Shown here piece after piece: positions 1 to 8,653 of a stretch of 64,000 nt of DNA (position 1 is its first letter; each line of letters opens with the position of its first letter). The notes beneath the pieces are model-generated. The model saw only the letters and a program-made list of their open reading frames with translations, was not told where the DNA came from and made no database searches. Location of the stretch: positions 64,001-128,000 of the IMG/VR virus record IMGVR_UViG_3300012009_000091; one strand, 5' to 3'. Both the position numbers and the translations under genes were made by a program. The stretch is from a virus.

Positions 1-2
1 CT

Positions 3-1316
3 GCATCGGATTGGGATCCTGTGCACGATACCATGCTCATCGAAACCAGTCCGAAGTCTACGCAGAGATATCGTATCACGTCAACCTCCTCGCAGTTTCT
101 CAAGTCTGCACATGTTCAAGAGGTGACTCGATCCAAGGCAGCGCAGGTTCTCCCTCCTGAAGTGCTGCAGAAGGCGGGGCAGGTAGGGTATGCCGTGATC
201 GGCGGGCCTCCGGTCAAACTAGCGATGGAGACGCTTACTGAGGCGGAACAAGTTGATCGCGCAGGTATTTGGAGCGTGAAGACAGATACGGGAATGTCAT
301 TGACGGGATCCGTGATTCCTCATGTAGTGGATTTCAACGGGCAACTGCTACCGTTGGCCTTGTTCTACAACGGCGCTGTTGCCGCCGTACAGGATCAGAT
401 TGCGGGGGTGTGCATCTCCGAACTCCGTCTACCACCGACGGAATTGAAGTCACACGGGGAGAGTGCCTTTCTCTTTCGACATCCTAGTGGGGGAATCCGA
501 GCGACTCTCTCTTTTGTGGTCAACAGTGAAATTCCGACTGAGTTCGGGCCTGCACTCGTCGTTGAGACTTATCTGGGGGATGTAGTGCGGTTGGTGCGGG
601 ATACGTGTGATTCGCTGGCGCAGGTAGATCCGCAGACGTATTTGATACCTGCCAAGTATAGTCTGGTGAACCTTGGCCATCCCAAAAACCGGGTTTCTCT
701 TGTGGAGATGCCGGAGGATTACGATGCTTTTCACAAGATGGGCCAACAGAAAGCATTGGAAATTATCGGCAACGGCACGTACGATGTGAAAGGAGGAGAT
801 GTCGCTCTCCACGACTTGGATGAACGTCAAGCGGAGTTCAACTTGACTGCTTTGGGAGCCCCCGACCCGCCACGCCTACTCAAGGCTGCCAATGTCCTCG
901 GTTCAGTTCGTCTATACGGCACGCCCCCGGTCGATGGGAGTCAGCAGGTGATGGAAAAGGTCGGGATGATGGAGAAACATGCACGCAAGGTGTGTGATAG
1001 TTGGCGGCCTGACTCGAGTGACCTCATCAATGCTGCCGCTTGGATGCTGGCTGAACCTTCTATGGAGAAGATCGGTAATATTCCGGTCGATACTGTAGAC
1101 AACGTCCTTTCCCTTGGGTTCATTCGACCAGAAAACACTAAGACCTATGTGGATTCTCTAGGAGATCTTGAGGACACTGTGGCCAAGCTTGCGTCTCTCG
1201 TGTTGGCTAGTCAACTCGGCTACTCAGAGATTCCAACTGAAGACGCTATCAATGCGATGGAGGGCATGGAGCGCGTGGTCAAGGGACTGCGGAAGTTGAA
1301 AGCGGAAGTTGGGTAA
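3..1316 (+). CDS. N-terminally truncated phage protein, likely head-associated (K-x-A rich)
   Basis: Frame is open from base 3, so the gene probably starts upstream of the window. Many K-x-A motifs (KSA, KAA, KLA, KHA). Its TAA overlaps the ATG of the next gene. Confidence 0.6.
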   Translation, partial: ASDWDPVHDTMLIETSPKSTQRYRITSTSSQFLKSAHVQEVTRSKAAQVLPPEVLQKAGQVGYAVIGGPPVKLAMETLTEAEQVDRAGIWSVKTDTGMSLTGSVIPHVVDFNGQLLPLALFYNGAVAAVQDQIAGVCISELRLPPTELKSHGESAFLFRHPSGGIRATLSFVVNSEIPTEFGPALVVETYLGDVVRLVRDTCDSLAQVDPQTYLIPAKYSLVNLGHPKNRVSLVEMPEDYDAFHKMGQQKALEIIGNGTYDVKGGDVALHDLDERQAEFNLTALGAPDPPRLLKAANVLGSVRLYGTPPVDGSQQVMEKVGMMEKHARKVCDSWRPDSSDLINAAAWMLAEPSMEKIGNIPVDTVDNVLSLGFIRPENTKTYVDSLGDLEDTVAKLASLVLASQLGYSEIPTEDAINAMEGMERVVKGLRKLKAEVG

Positions 1317-2155
1317 TGGAGCGAGCCCCCTACGAGCTCTACCTCTCTTTGATGTTGATCCGCAATTACTCGGATGAACAGATTGATGAGGAGCTCCGTT
1401 TGTTGGACTATCTTCTGCCCGACCCAGAGTTGGTCGATTTCCTTCGAGAGGACACGCCAGTTGTTCGACGACGTTTGTTCCGTGCAACCAAGGAACTGCA
1501 AAAATGGGCCGATGATCGGTTCCTAGATCGCGCACTGCTCAACGTTAACTCGAAGCGGGTCTTGAGCGCCCGAAAGATTTGTTTTCATTCTCGCATTCGA
1601 CATGCACTTGAGCTTTGTCTTCTTCGACCTGATATGCCGTGGGAGACTATCGTCGATCAACTCGACGAGATCGGCAATGTTATCGGGCTCACAGAACAGA
1701 TGGTTCAGGATTACCACCAGCTGTTTTGGTCTTTTGATCACATGTCTCTCCCAGCCAAGCGCGCGTATTTAGAGAGTGCAGGTGCGACTGAAGGGGCAAT
1801 GACCGCTATGGGAGGCCATCCTCGAGTAGGGGTGGCGTTGGATCTAGGGATCCATGTCGGTTTGTCGGATGTAGAACGTCTGTCGTTCATGCGTGATGTG
1901 GCTTTCACTCGGTTTGCTCGAGACGCGAGTATAGGTGTTTTGGCTGCAAAGGAAGCTAAAGACTGGTCGTATATCGTAAAGGATATGATGAGCGAGATCA
2001 GGCGGGTGCAACCTCCTACCGAGAAGACCACGGTTGAGTTGGATGCGGGGGTCATTGACCATATTCCTCACATCGATTATCTACAACAAGAAGACGATGA
2101 GTCTTCGGAGGACCACAATGCCAATGCCGACCTCATCCCGTTCCGACAGCGGTAA
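1316..2155 (+). CDS. hypothetical phage protein (possible small terminase by position only)
   Basis: 279 aa ORF coupled to the upstream gene; acidic C-terminal tail; no diagnostic motif. Confidence 0.55.
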   Translation: MERAPYELYLSLMLIRNYSDEQIDEELRLLDYLLPDPELVDFLREDTPVVRRRLFRATKELQKWADDRFLDRALLNVNSKRVLSARKICFHSRIRHALELCLLRPDMPWETIVDQLDEIGNVIGLTEQMVQDYHQLFWSFDHMSLPAKRAYLESAGATEGAMTAMGGHPRVGVALDLGIHVGLSDVERLSFMRDVAFTRFARDASIGVLAAKEAKDWSYIVKDMMSEIRRVQPPTEKTTVELDAGVIDHIPHIDYLQQEDDESSEDHNANADLIPFRQR

Positions 2156-2678
2156 GCGTGTCAAGTACGAGTACCGATCTAAGCGTGAACGCGAAGTACT
2201 TCAAGATTCTGAGAATGTCGGGCACCGGCCCACGGCAGTTCCATTTCGTGTATACGAGAAGCAATTCTACGACGTAGAGGTAGTTTTCAAGGCGAACGGT
2301 GATGTAGATTACCATTTCTTTCCGCTTAAAGGGAGATTCGACTTCCCGTTCAGCTTTCGTATTATCGGCCTTTTAATTGAGGATGCGGCAGTTTGGTCTG
2401 TTGGTCCCAGCGTTCAAACAGAGGCGGACTATTTTGACCGGGAGATAGCACAATGGTTCATGCGCGCCGGTGAAGATCCCTCTCGGTCATTAGGGCAGCC
2501 TACCTTCTTTGTCCGCTTTCAAAAAGTCGGACATCGCATGGGTGCTGAGGAGATTCTCATAGATCGTTTCTTGGGACGGCTGGACATGCTACTGAAAGAA
2601 GTGTCGTCAATGTCCATTCGTGGGATTCCAAGCAGTCAGATCTACCAAGACATTCGTGTCAATCGCCGTCGTTCATAA
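2118..2678 (+). CDS. hypothetical protein
   Basis: GGAGG RBS before ATG 2118, in frame with ORF 2034..2678. Confidence 0.55.
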   Translation: MPMPTSSRSDSGKRVKYEYRSKREREVLQDSENVGHRPTAVPFRVYEKQFYDVEVVFKANGDVDYHFFPLKGRFDFPFSFRIIGLLIEDAAVWSVGPSVQTEADYFDREIAQWFMRAGEDPSRSLGQPTFFVRFQKVGHRMGAEEILIDRFLGRLDMLLKEVSSMSIRGIPSSQIYQDIRVNRRRS

Positions 2679-3021
2679 TTCGCCCTTTCCTTTTCATTCG
2701 TCGTAAGGTTAAGTGGGTCGTTCCGACTATGTCTGCCGTGATGATATAGCGCCAGCGAGTACCCACTCGATGTCTTTTCGCTCGAACATGTCTGGTCTCA
2801 TGATCTGGTATTGATAGTGCTTGCACCAGCTCTTTGAGAGATTGAGTCAGCTCTTTAGACAGTGCCGTGACGCGAGCTAAGAGAAAAGTCGGATCGCCCA
2901 ACTTTTCTCCCTCTTTGAGAACTACTTCGGCTGATTCGACCATCAGCTCGAGATCCTTTTGGAGGTTTTTAGCCACTAAGCGCGTATTCAGCAATTTCCC
3001 GAGCGGTGAGTTCTTGTCCAT
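2659..3021 (-). CDS. hypothetical protein
   Basis: 120 aa helical-looking ORF, downstream of 2969..3385 in a small minus-strand unit. Confidence 0.5.
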   Translation of the reverse strand: MDKNSPLGKLLNTRLVAKNLQKDLELMVESAEVVLKEGEKLGDPTFLLARVTALSKELTQSLKELVQALSIPDHETRHVRAKRHRVGTRWRYIITADIVGTTHLTLRRMKRKGRIMNDGD

Positions 3022-3385
3022 GCGGACACAGTATACATCGTTCGTACTGTGAGCACACGAACCCTCTCTTGACTGCCTCGTTCAAACAGACCCGATGACT
3101 CACTGTGGCGATCAGCAGATCCTGAACAGCCCATCGTTGCTCTGTATTGAGTTGCCGAAGAGCTTGTCGATCGATGTTGTGCGCTTGCAGAAGCTCGGCC
3201 ACGTCATCCGCATCGACCGTTCGTATCAGTTTTCGTAGAAGGTCTACATCCCGTAATTCGGCTAGTTTCACTTCCAAGTCCTCAGTGGTTCGGTGTTGAT
3301 ACTGATTCAACACACTTCCGCATCGACAGTCCGAAAAGAATCGCGTCTCTGTCCGTTTTTCTATGATCGTCTGTATAGTACGCAT
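2969..3385 (-). CDS. hypothetical protein with Cys motifs (possible Zn binding)
   Basis: ATG at 3385 preceded by GGAGG and a GTATAAG motif; CxC and C-x4-C-x2-C motifs. Confidence 0.6.
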   Translation of the reverse strand: MRTIQTIIEKRTETRFFSDCRCGSVLNQYQHRTTEDLEVKLAELRDVDLLRKLIRTVDADDVAELLQAHNIDRQALRQLNTEQRWAVQDLLIATVSHRVCLNEAVKRGFVCSQYERCILCPHGQELTAREIAEYALSG

Positions 3386-3409
3386 TACTGTCCTCCATGT
3401 GATATGGTT

Positions 3410-3416
3410 CTTATAC
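3410..3416 (-). promoter_or_regulatory. GTATAAG promoter-like motif
   Basis: About 25 nt upstream of the minus-strand start at 3385; one of 15 oriented copies. Confidence 0.6.
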
Positions 3417-3425
3417 GGAGGCGTC

Positions 3426-5078
3426 ATGTTGCATATCGAACGTCCGCGTGAACGAGCAGAGTTGAGTGAAAATCGAGCCGTCAGGATATCGACGGCCAAT
3501 TGGATTGACGGGAATTTGCGGGTCAGCGGTAAAGCGCTCAATTTACGTTGGCGACCGTGGTGGAGACTGCCCTACAACTTGGAGCATCATCGATTCCCAG
3601 ATGGTATGTATCGACGTGCATCGGTCATTGTCGCCGGACGACAGGTTGAGAAGTCTACTGCGTTAGCCAATAAACTTTTGAGCGAGAGTCAGGTGCCGTG
3701 GACTAGTTCGCTTTACGTAGCCCCGTCTGCAGCACAGCTCTCTGAATTTAGCTTTCGTCGAATCGATGAAGTGGTCGACACCTCGCCCGCCATTTCGGAG
3801 ACTAAAGATTATGACGCCTGGAGCGTCAGTCGTAAGGGTTTCCTCAATCATTCGAATATTACCTTACGTGCTGCTTTTCGTTCTCCAGATCGAGTCCGAG
3901 GTATTCCTGCTGATGTTCTTGTTCTAGATGAGTCTCAGGATCTTCTGCTCGAAAACATCCCCATCATTCGAGAGACACAAGCGCATTGCATTCGACCGGA
4001 AGGTCCCATCTATCAGATGTTGGGCACTCCAAAGTCCTATGACAATCCATTGGAATATTTCTGGTCTATGACATCCACTCAAGACGAGTGGTGCATCCGG
4101 TGTGAGAGATGTCGAACGTGGGTAGAAGGCATCAGTGAGGATAACATCGGAAAGTCAGGCATTGTCTGCGCGAAATGTGGAAAGTACTTGAACCCATTCG
4201 CCGGCTTGTGGATGCGCACAGGTCCAGAGGATGCCCCTTTGGAGGGGTTTCGGATTCCGCAGTTGCTGCTGCCCTACAGCTATGCCTATGACCCGCGCAT
4301 CTTCTATCGGATATGGAGAGAGATTCTCAACAAGTGGAAGTTGTATCCTCGAGCACAATTTTACAACGAAGTGTTGGGCATTTCGTATGATAGCGGAGAC
4401 AAGCCGATCACTCGAGACGACTTGAAAACTTGTTGTGTCGGAAATCGGATGATACCTCTTCATCTTCCTACCACTGTGTTGGATGCTCGAATCGCCAACG
4501 GTCTGGTATTTTGTGGAGTGGACTGGGGGACAGGGGGCGCGTCTAAGACGGTTTTTTCTGCATGTCATTATCGAGGCGATGTGTTCAACGTCTTCTACAT
4601 GAAGAAATTCGAGGGTCCGGAATCAGACCCTGAATACATCGTGCCGGCAATCTTACAGTTGTTAGAGAGAGTCAAGGCCGATCTGGTGGGGGTAGATTGG
4701 GGTTTTGGATTTGGTCTCAATAGTAGAATTCGGCAGGGCTTTGGAGCGGATCGGACGTTTGAATTTAGCCACTCTCAAATGCAACGCGAAAAGATCAAGT
4801 ACGACTCGTCCGCTAACGTGTTCGTGACGAACCGTACTGCAGTGATGTCTGATTTGTTTCGGCTTATGAAACAAAGGGGTTTTAGCTTGGACGTGTCTTG
4901 GCCTGAGCTAAGAGATTCGGGGTTTTCGCAGGACTTCCTTTGTAACCATCGAGAGGCGACCCGGGTGGGCAAGATGTTATTCAATCACCCACCCGGGACC
5001 GCTGATGACGCGTTACATAGTGTGCTATTTGCGTTTCTCACTTCATTATCGAGATATCCTCGACCTGACTTGAATTAG
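3426..5078 (+). CDS. terL: terminase large subunit
   Basis: Walker A-like GRQVEKST, Walker B LVLDESQD, coupling motif GTP, Zn ribbon CERC...CAKC, nuclease GVDWG and DDALHS; GGAGG RBS before ATG 3426. Confidence 0.9.
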   Translation: MLHIERPRERAELSENRAVRISTANWIDGNLRVSGKALNLRWRPWWRLPYNLEHHRFPDGMYRRASVIVAGRQVEKSTALANKLLSESQVPWTSSLYVAPSAAQLSEFSFRRIDEVVDTSPAISETKDYDAWSVSRKGFLNHSNITLRAAFRSPDRVRGIPADVLVLDESQDLLLENIPIIRETQAHCIRPEGPIYQMLGTPKSYDNPLEYFWSMTSTQDEWCIRCERCRTWVEGISEDNIGKSGIVCAKCGKYLNPFAGLWMRTGPEDAPLEGFRIPQLLLPYSYAYDPRIFYRIWREILNKWKLYPRAQFYNEVLGISYDSGDKPITRDDLKTCCVGNRMIPLHLPTTVLDARIANGLVFCGVDWGTGGASKTVFSACHYRGDVFNVFYMKKFEGPESDPEYIVPAILQLLERVKADLVGVDWGFGFGLNSRIRQGFGADRTFEFSHSQMQREKIKYDSSANVFVTNRTAVMSDLFRLMKQRGFSLDVSWPELRDSGFSQDFLCNHREATRVGKMLFNHPPGTADDALHSVLFAFLTSLSRYPRPDLN

Positions 5079-5710
5079 GCGGGGTTGGCTATAGAGGGGG
5101 TTGATAGTTGAGGGTGGAATTGAGGGTAGACGTTAGTGTATGGGTTATGGAGCCGTGTAGCGATTTGCCCGAGCTTGAAGCAAGCGAAAACGCCTAATCC
5201 GATTTTGATGGCGTCCAGAACCCACCCTATATAGGTTGTTCCTTGTCTCGCTTGCACTGCGTCGAGTAGGTGCTCTTCTAGCATGGCGTTGATTTGTTTG
5301 CTTTGTCGCGTTGCCTCTTCAAATGCTTCCGTTGACGCCTCCATTTCTTCTCTCAATGTATCGAGTCCTGCCAATGTGCTGGCCAGGAGTCTTCGATTCT
5401 CTCGTTCGGCTGTGCGTACCCCCTCTTGATCCTTCTGCATCGCGGATATCATCTCACGATGTAGTTCCAGTATGGAGTTGAGATCCATTCCTGCTTCCTC
5501 CGTTTTCTTCTTTTTTGTGTCGCGTTTTAGTTTGGATCGGACTGCATCAACAGCTGCTCCGGATGCACCGGCTAATCGTTCGGCGGCAGATGGCTCTTTC
5601 TCCTTCTTCTGCTTCTTTTTCTCCTTCTCCTGTTTCTTTTCTTCCTCGGAATCTTTGTACGGTGCGAGTTCAGTCGAAGTTCCATAATCCTCTGGCAAAT
5701 TTCCAGGCAT
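5075..5710 (-). CDS. hypothetical coiled-coil protein with C-terminal hydrophobic segment
   Basis: K/E-rich N-terminus, heptad-like middle, IGWVLDAIKIGLGVFACF segment; GGAGG RBS and GTATAAG upstream. Confidence 0.6.
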   Translation of the reverse strand: MPGNLPEDYGTSTELAPYKDSEEEKKQEKEKKKQKKEKEPSAAERLAGASGAAVDAVRSKLKRDTKKKKTEEAGMDLNSILELHREMISAMQKDQEGVRTAERENRRLLASTLAGLDTLREEMEASTEAFEEATRQSKQINAMLEEHLLDAVQARQGTTYIGWVLDAIKIGLGVFACFKLGQIATRLHNPYTNVYPQFHPQLSTPSIANPA

Positions 5711-5736
5711 ACACCCTCCGTAGTATGATGTGTTGT

Positions 5737-5743
5737 CTTATAC
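5737..5743 (-). promoter_or_regulatory. GTATAAG promoter-like motif
   Basis: 27 nt upstream of the start at 5710. Confidence 0.6.
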
Positions 5744-5745
5744 GG

Positions 5746-6435
5746 CTAAGCGGCTTGGGAGGCGAGGATGAGGCCGTCGATAGGTGAGAGGCGGTGGGGG
5801 ATATGGAATTGACATTTCACAAGGGGATAGCTGGGTTCAAAGGCTTCTAGCAAGTACCGGAGGTGTCGGACAGCTAGGAGGACACGAGTCTTCTCTTTTT
5901 TGGTCGATAAGTATGGAAGTAACCGGTGTCCGAGCTTCATCAACCAAATAGGTAATTCTCGAAGTTCGGGATTCTTAAGACAATATTGGACGACCCCTGC
6001 ATTGAAATGTTCCATCGCCAGAATCCAGCGCGCTTTTTCCTCATCGTTGATCGAATCTGGAGTCAGGTTCCTTCGAATCGCTTCTTCCATCAATGATAGA
6101 AGGCGCGTCTTGCTGATTCCATGGCCTCGCAAACTGATCCCCGAGATATGTTCGAGCACCTCTAGTCTTTCGTGAATACTGGATAGCTCGCGCAGATAAG
6201 TCGAATCGAACCCGCGATAGATTGCTTCTGCTTCTTCTTCGCGAGGATCAACTGGTCCAGACGTCGTTCCCATGAGGCGTTCTACATCTAGTCGATCGAT
6301 GAGAACTCGATTCTTTTGTTTCTTTGTTCGTAGGTGTTTTCTGCGGATGTGATAATCGATAGCGCGCACTCCCAAATCGAGTAGATCTGCGGCTTCTTGT
6401 CTAGTAACGAATCTATGTCTCTGGCTAGTTGACAT
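5746..6435 (-). CDS. excisionase-type (HTH_17-like) DNA-binding protein
   Basis: N-terminal TRQEAADLLDLGVRAIDYHIRRKHL...RVLIDRLDVERL winged-HTH pattern. Confidence 0.7.
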   Translation of the reverse strand: MSTSQRHRFVTRQEAADLLDLGVRAIDYHIRRKHLRTKKQKNRVLIDRLDVERLMGTTSGPVDPREEEAEAIYRGFDSTYLRELSSIHERLEVLEHISGISLRGHGISKTRLLSLMEEAIRRNLTPDSINDEEKARWILAMEHFNAGVVQYCLKNPELRELPIWLMKLGHRLLPYLSTKKEKTRVLLAVRHLRYLLEAFEPSYPLVKCQFHIPHRLSPIDGLILASQAA

Positions 6436-6477
6436 GTTGTGTGCTCCTACCCTACGATTGCAGAGGAAAACGTCTTT

Positions 6478-7578
6478 GTGGAACCCCAAGAGGCTTCCTT
6501 GAGTGTAACAATTGACAAAGCATTAATCACCAGCCTTGTAGACAAAGCTGCGGATTTGTTCATTGGAGACTGTTCTCCTGACCTGAGTACGGCTGTTGCG
6601 GATGCTATTGGGGATGTGCCATTCAATGAGGACCAGGTGGCGCGAATTGCACAAGCGACTAACCAGACAGTTTGGGCTCGATTGTCGTCCAGCAGAAAAC
6701 CGTGTACGGTAAGGTTTGAGCCCGCAATCGTCGAGGTTATCATGGAAAAGACAAAGGGAGCGCCGGAGAAAACAAAAACGGCGAATCGGGACATGCGCTG
6801 GGCTACAGGTCCTCAAAATCATTTTGAGGACCTGGTAGGTGCAGTTCTTGAGAAGACGGCAGCCAAAAGTAAGAAGCCGTCGGTTAAAAAACAAACCAAG
6901 ATGCGTTCGATCACCCCCAACTATTGGCGGGCACGAAATCTTCGTCGGAAGGGCTCCCAAGCTCCGGGAGCTCCGCCTACAAAAACACCGGAGATCAAAC
7001 GCGCTGCTCAGCTTCTTCCAGATACCCAATCGAGTTGGGGTCGTATTATCGAACAGTTGAAGACTGCGCAAGATGAGCTTGAGCTGCGTTTGCACAAACA
7101 CGAACAAAATTTCGAGGAAGAGCTGTCGGCGTTGAGTAAGACCGCGTCAGATCTTTTGTACGATGGTATCTCCCAGGAGACCGTCGAGAAGGCAGTGCTC
7201 GCTTCAGCAGACGAGCAAACAGGGCCTGCTTTAGTTGCTTGGCTCCAGAAACACGCCTTTCCCAAACATCCTGTGTTCCGAGATGAGTTTTCCTTCTTCG
7301 ATAAAAAGGCTCAACAAGTCTACGGCAACGTTACGGTATGGGATCCGATTTCTCTAGAGAAGACTGCCGAAGCCGACGATGTCGAAGAGTTCGATTCTAC
7401 TGCGCTCAATCCGGATCACCCTCTTGTCAAAGCGGCGGAAAGTTTGTGTGGCTTTCGGGTTGAGGGCCAACGAGCATCTGTCGCCATCGAAAAAATCCAA
7501 CAGCGGATTAAAGAGGCGTCTGATCTGAAACAAGCGGGAATTGAGGTGCCATTTCATGCCAGCGTTGGACACAGCTAA
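6478..7578 (+). CDS. putative head core/interior protein (K-x-A rich)
   Basis: More than ten K-x-A motifs; lies between terL and the prohead protease; start uncertain (6439-6499). Confidence 0.6.
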   Translation: MEPQEASLSVTIDKALITSLVDKAADLFIGDCSPDLSTAVADAIGDVPFNEDQVARIAQATNQTVWARLSSSRKPCTVRFEPAIVEVIMEKTKGAPEKTKTANRDMRWATGPQNHFEDLVGAVLEKTAAKSKKPSVKKQTKMRSITPNYWRARNLRRKGSQAPGAPPTKTPEIKRAAQLLPDTQSSWGRIIEQLKTAQDELELRLHKHEQNFEEELSALSKTASDLLYDGISQETVEKAVLASADEQTGPALVAWLQKHAFPKHPVFRDEFSFFDKKAQQVYGNVTVWDPISLEKTAEADDVEEFDSTALNPDHPLVKAAESLCGFRVEGQRASVAIEKIQQRIKEASDLKQAGIEVPFHASVGHS

Positions 7579-8653
7579 ATCCCTTCTCGGGTTCGGCCGG
7601 GGTACGGTTGATGATACGTTCACAGGTGCCGCTGGGTTAGGTTCTCTAGCCATGTCTGGGTGGTCTCCGTTGAAAGCCTGGACACATCCTCTATACTACA
7701 GCGCAATGGGTCGCTCACCGACAGCGGCGTTGAAGGGGTACGGTACCACCAAACGGCGTCTGTTAGGGTTGCCTGAACCGCGGTCACAGTCCAATCGACA
7801 GCAGTTTCGGAAAACGGGGGAGGAGAGTTCCATGCAGAAGACAGCGCTGGGAAGATTAGTCAGAAAGGCCAAGAATTGGTTGGCACCAGAACTCGGCACT
7901 CTTGCGCGACAAGCAGCTGATCCCGGCCGTCGTACTCTCCGTCCGTCTCTTCGAGCTCCTCTTGCTGTAGCTGGCCTTTCCGCTGCTGCGTATGGAGGCG
8001 CGCAAGGATTAGGATACTTGGGCGATCAAGCTAGTGTAATCGGGCGAGCGCGTGGGTATCGTCAGTTGATGAAAAAGTATGGACCGGAGCTTCACGCGAT
8101 TGCTGAGCAGACACATGTGCCTGTACCTGAAGAGCGGATGCGTGATGTTTATAACGCTCTCTACAAGATGTCTCCAGATGTTGCGAAAGAGCCGACTCTC
8201 GCTGCAGCTCAAATGGCGCCGCTTATTCGTGAAGCTGGTTCTCCGAGTGGGACTATGGAGGGGGCGGAGGGGCCTGTTCCTCGTGTTATGTTGGAGGGGG
8301 GATTGGAACAAATGGCTGTTCCATCTCGTATCCAGTCTGGGATGCCAGACTCGTTTGCGGACCGTACTCAACCATGGGTACGCAGTGCAGTCGGCGCTTT
8401 TGGGGACTACGACTTAAACACGGCGGCCCAACGTGAGATGATGAGAGCTGAGTTTCAGCAACCTGATTTGAAAGCCAAAAGTGACTTGGCGGCTGATCTG
8501 AGTTCGTTGGGTCGTCGACGTATGGAATTGCAAGCTCTCTATCGACAGAAGGCGGATGCTCTGAGAGCTGGAAACCAGACGGCTATTCAAGCTCTTGAAT
8601 CGCGGATTCGCCAACTTCGCACAGGTAGACCAGAGGCAGCGTCGAGGATTTGA
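7556..8653 (+). CDS. putative internal virion (ejected) protein
   Basis: Gly/Ala-rich hydrophobic segments; MQKTA motif at an internal in-frame start (7832) with a strong RBS. Confidence 0.55.
   Translation: MPALDTAKSLLGFGRGTVDDTFTGAAGLGSLAMSGWSPLKAWTHPLYYSAMGRSPTAALKGYGTTKRRLLGLPEPRSQSNRQQFRKTGEESSMQKTALGRLVRKAKNWLAPELGTLARQAADPGRRTLRPSLRAPLAVAGLSAAAYGGAQGLGYLGDQASVIGRARGYRQLMKKYGPELHAIAEQTHVPVPEERMRDVYNALYKMSPDVAKEPTLAAAQMAPLIREAGSPSGTMEGAEGPVPRVMLEGGLEQMAVPSRIQSGMPDSFADRTQPWVRSAVGAFGDYDLNTAAQREMMRAEFQQPDLKAKSDLAADLSSLGRRRMELQALYRQKADALRAGNQTAIQALESRIRQLRTGRPEAASRI

Noticed and set aside
5746-6435. Prophage integration/excision module
   Set aside because: Only an excisionase-type HTH; no integrase or att site seen.
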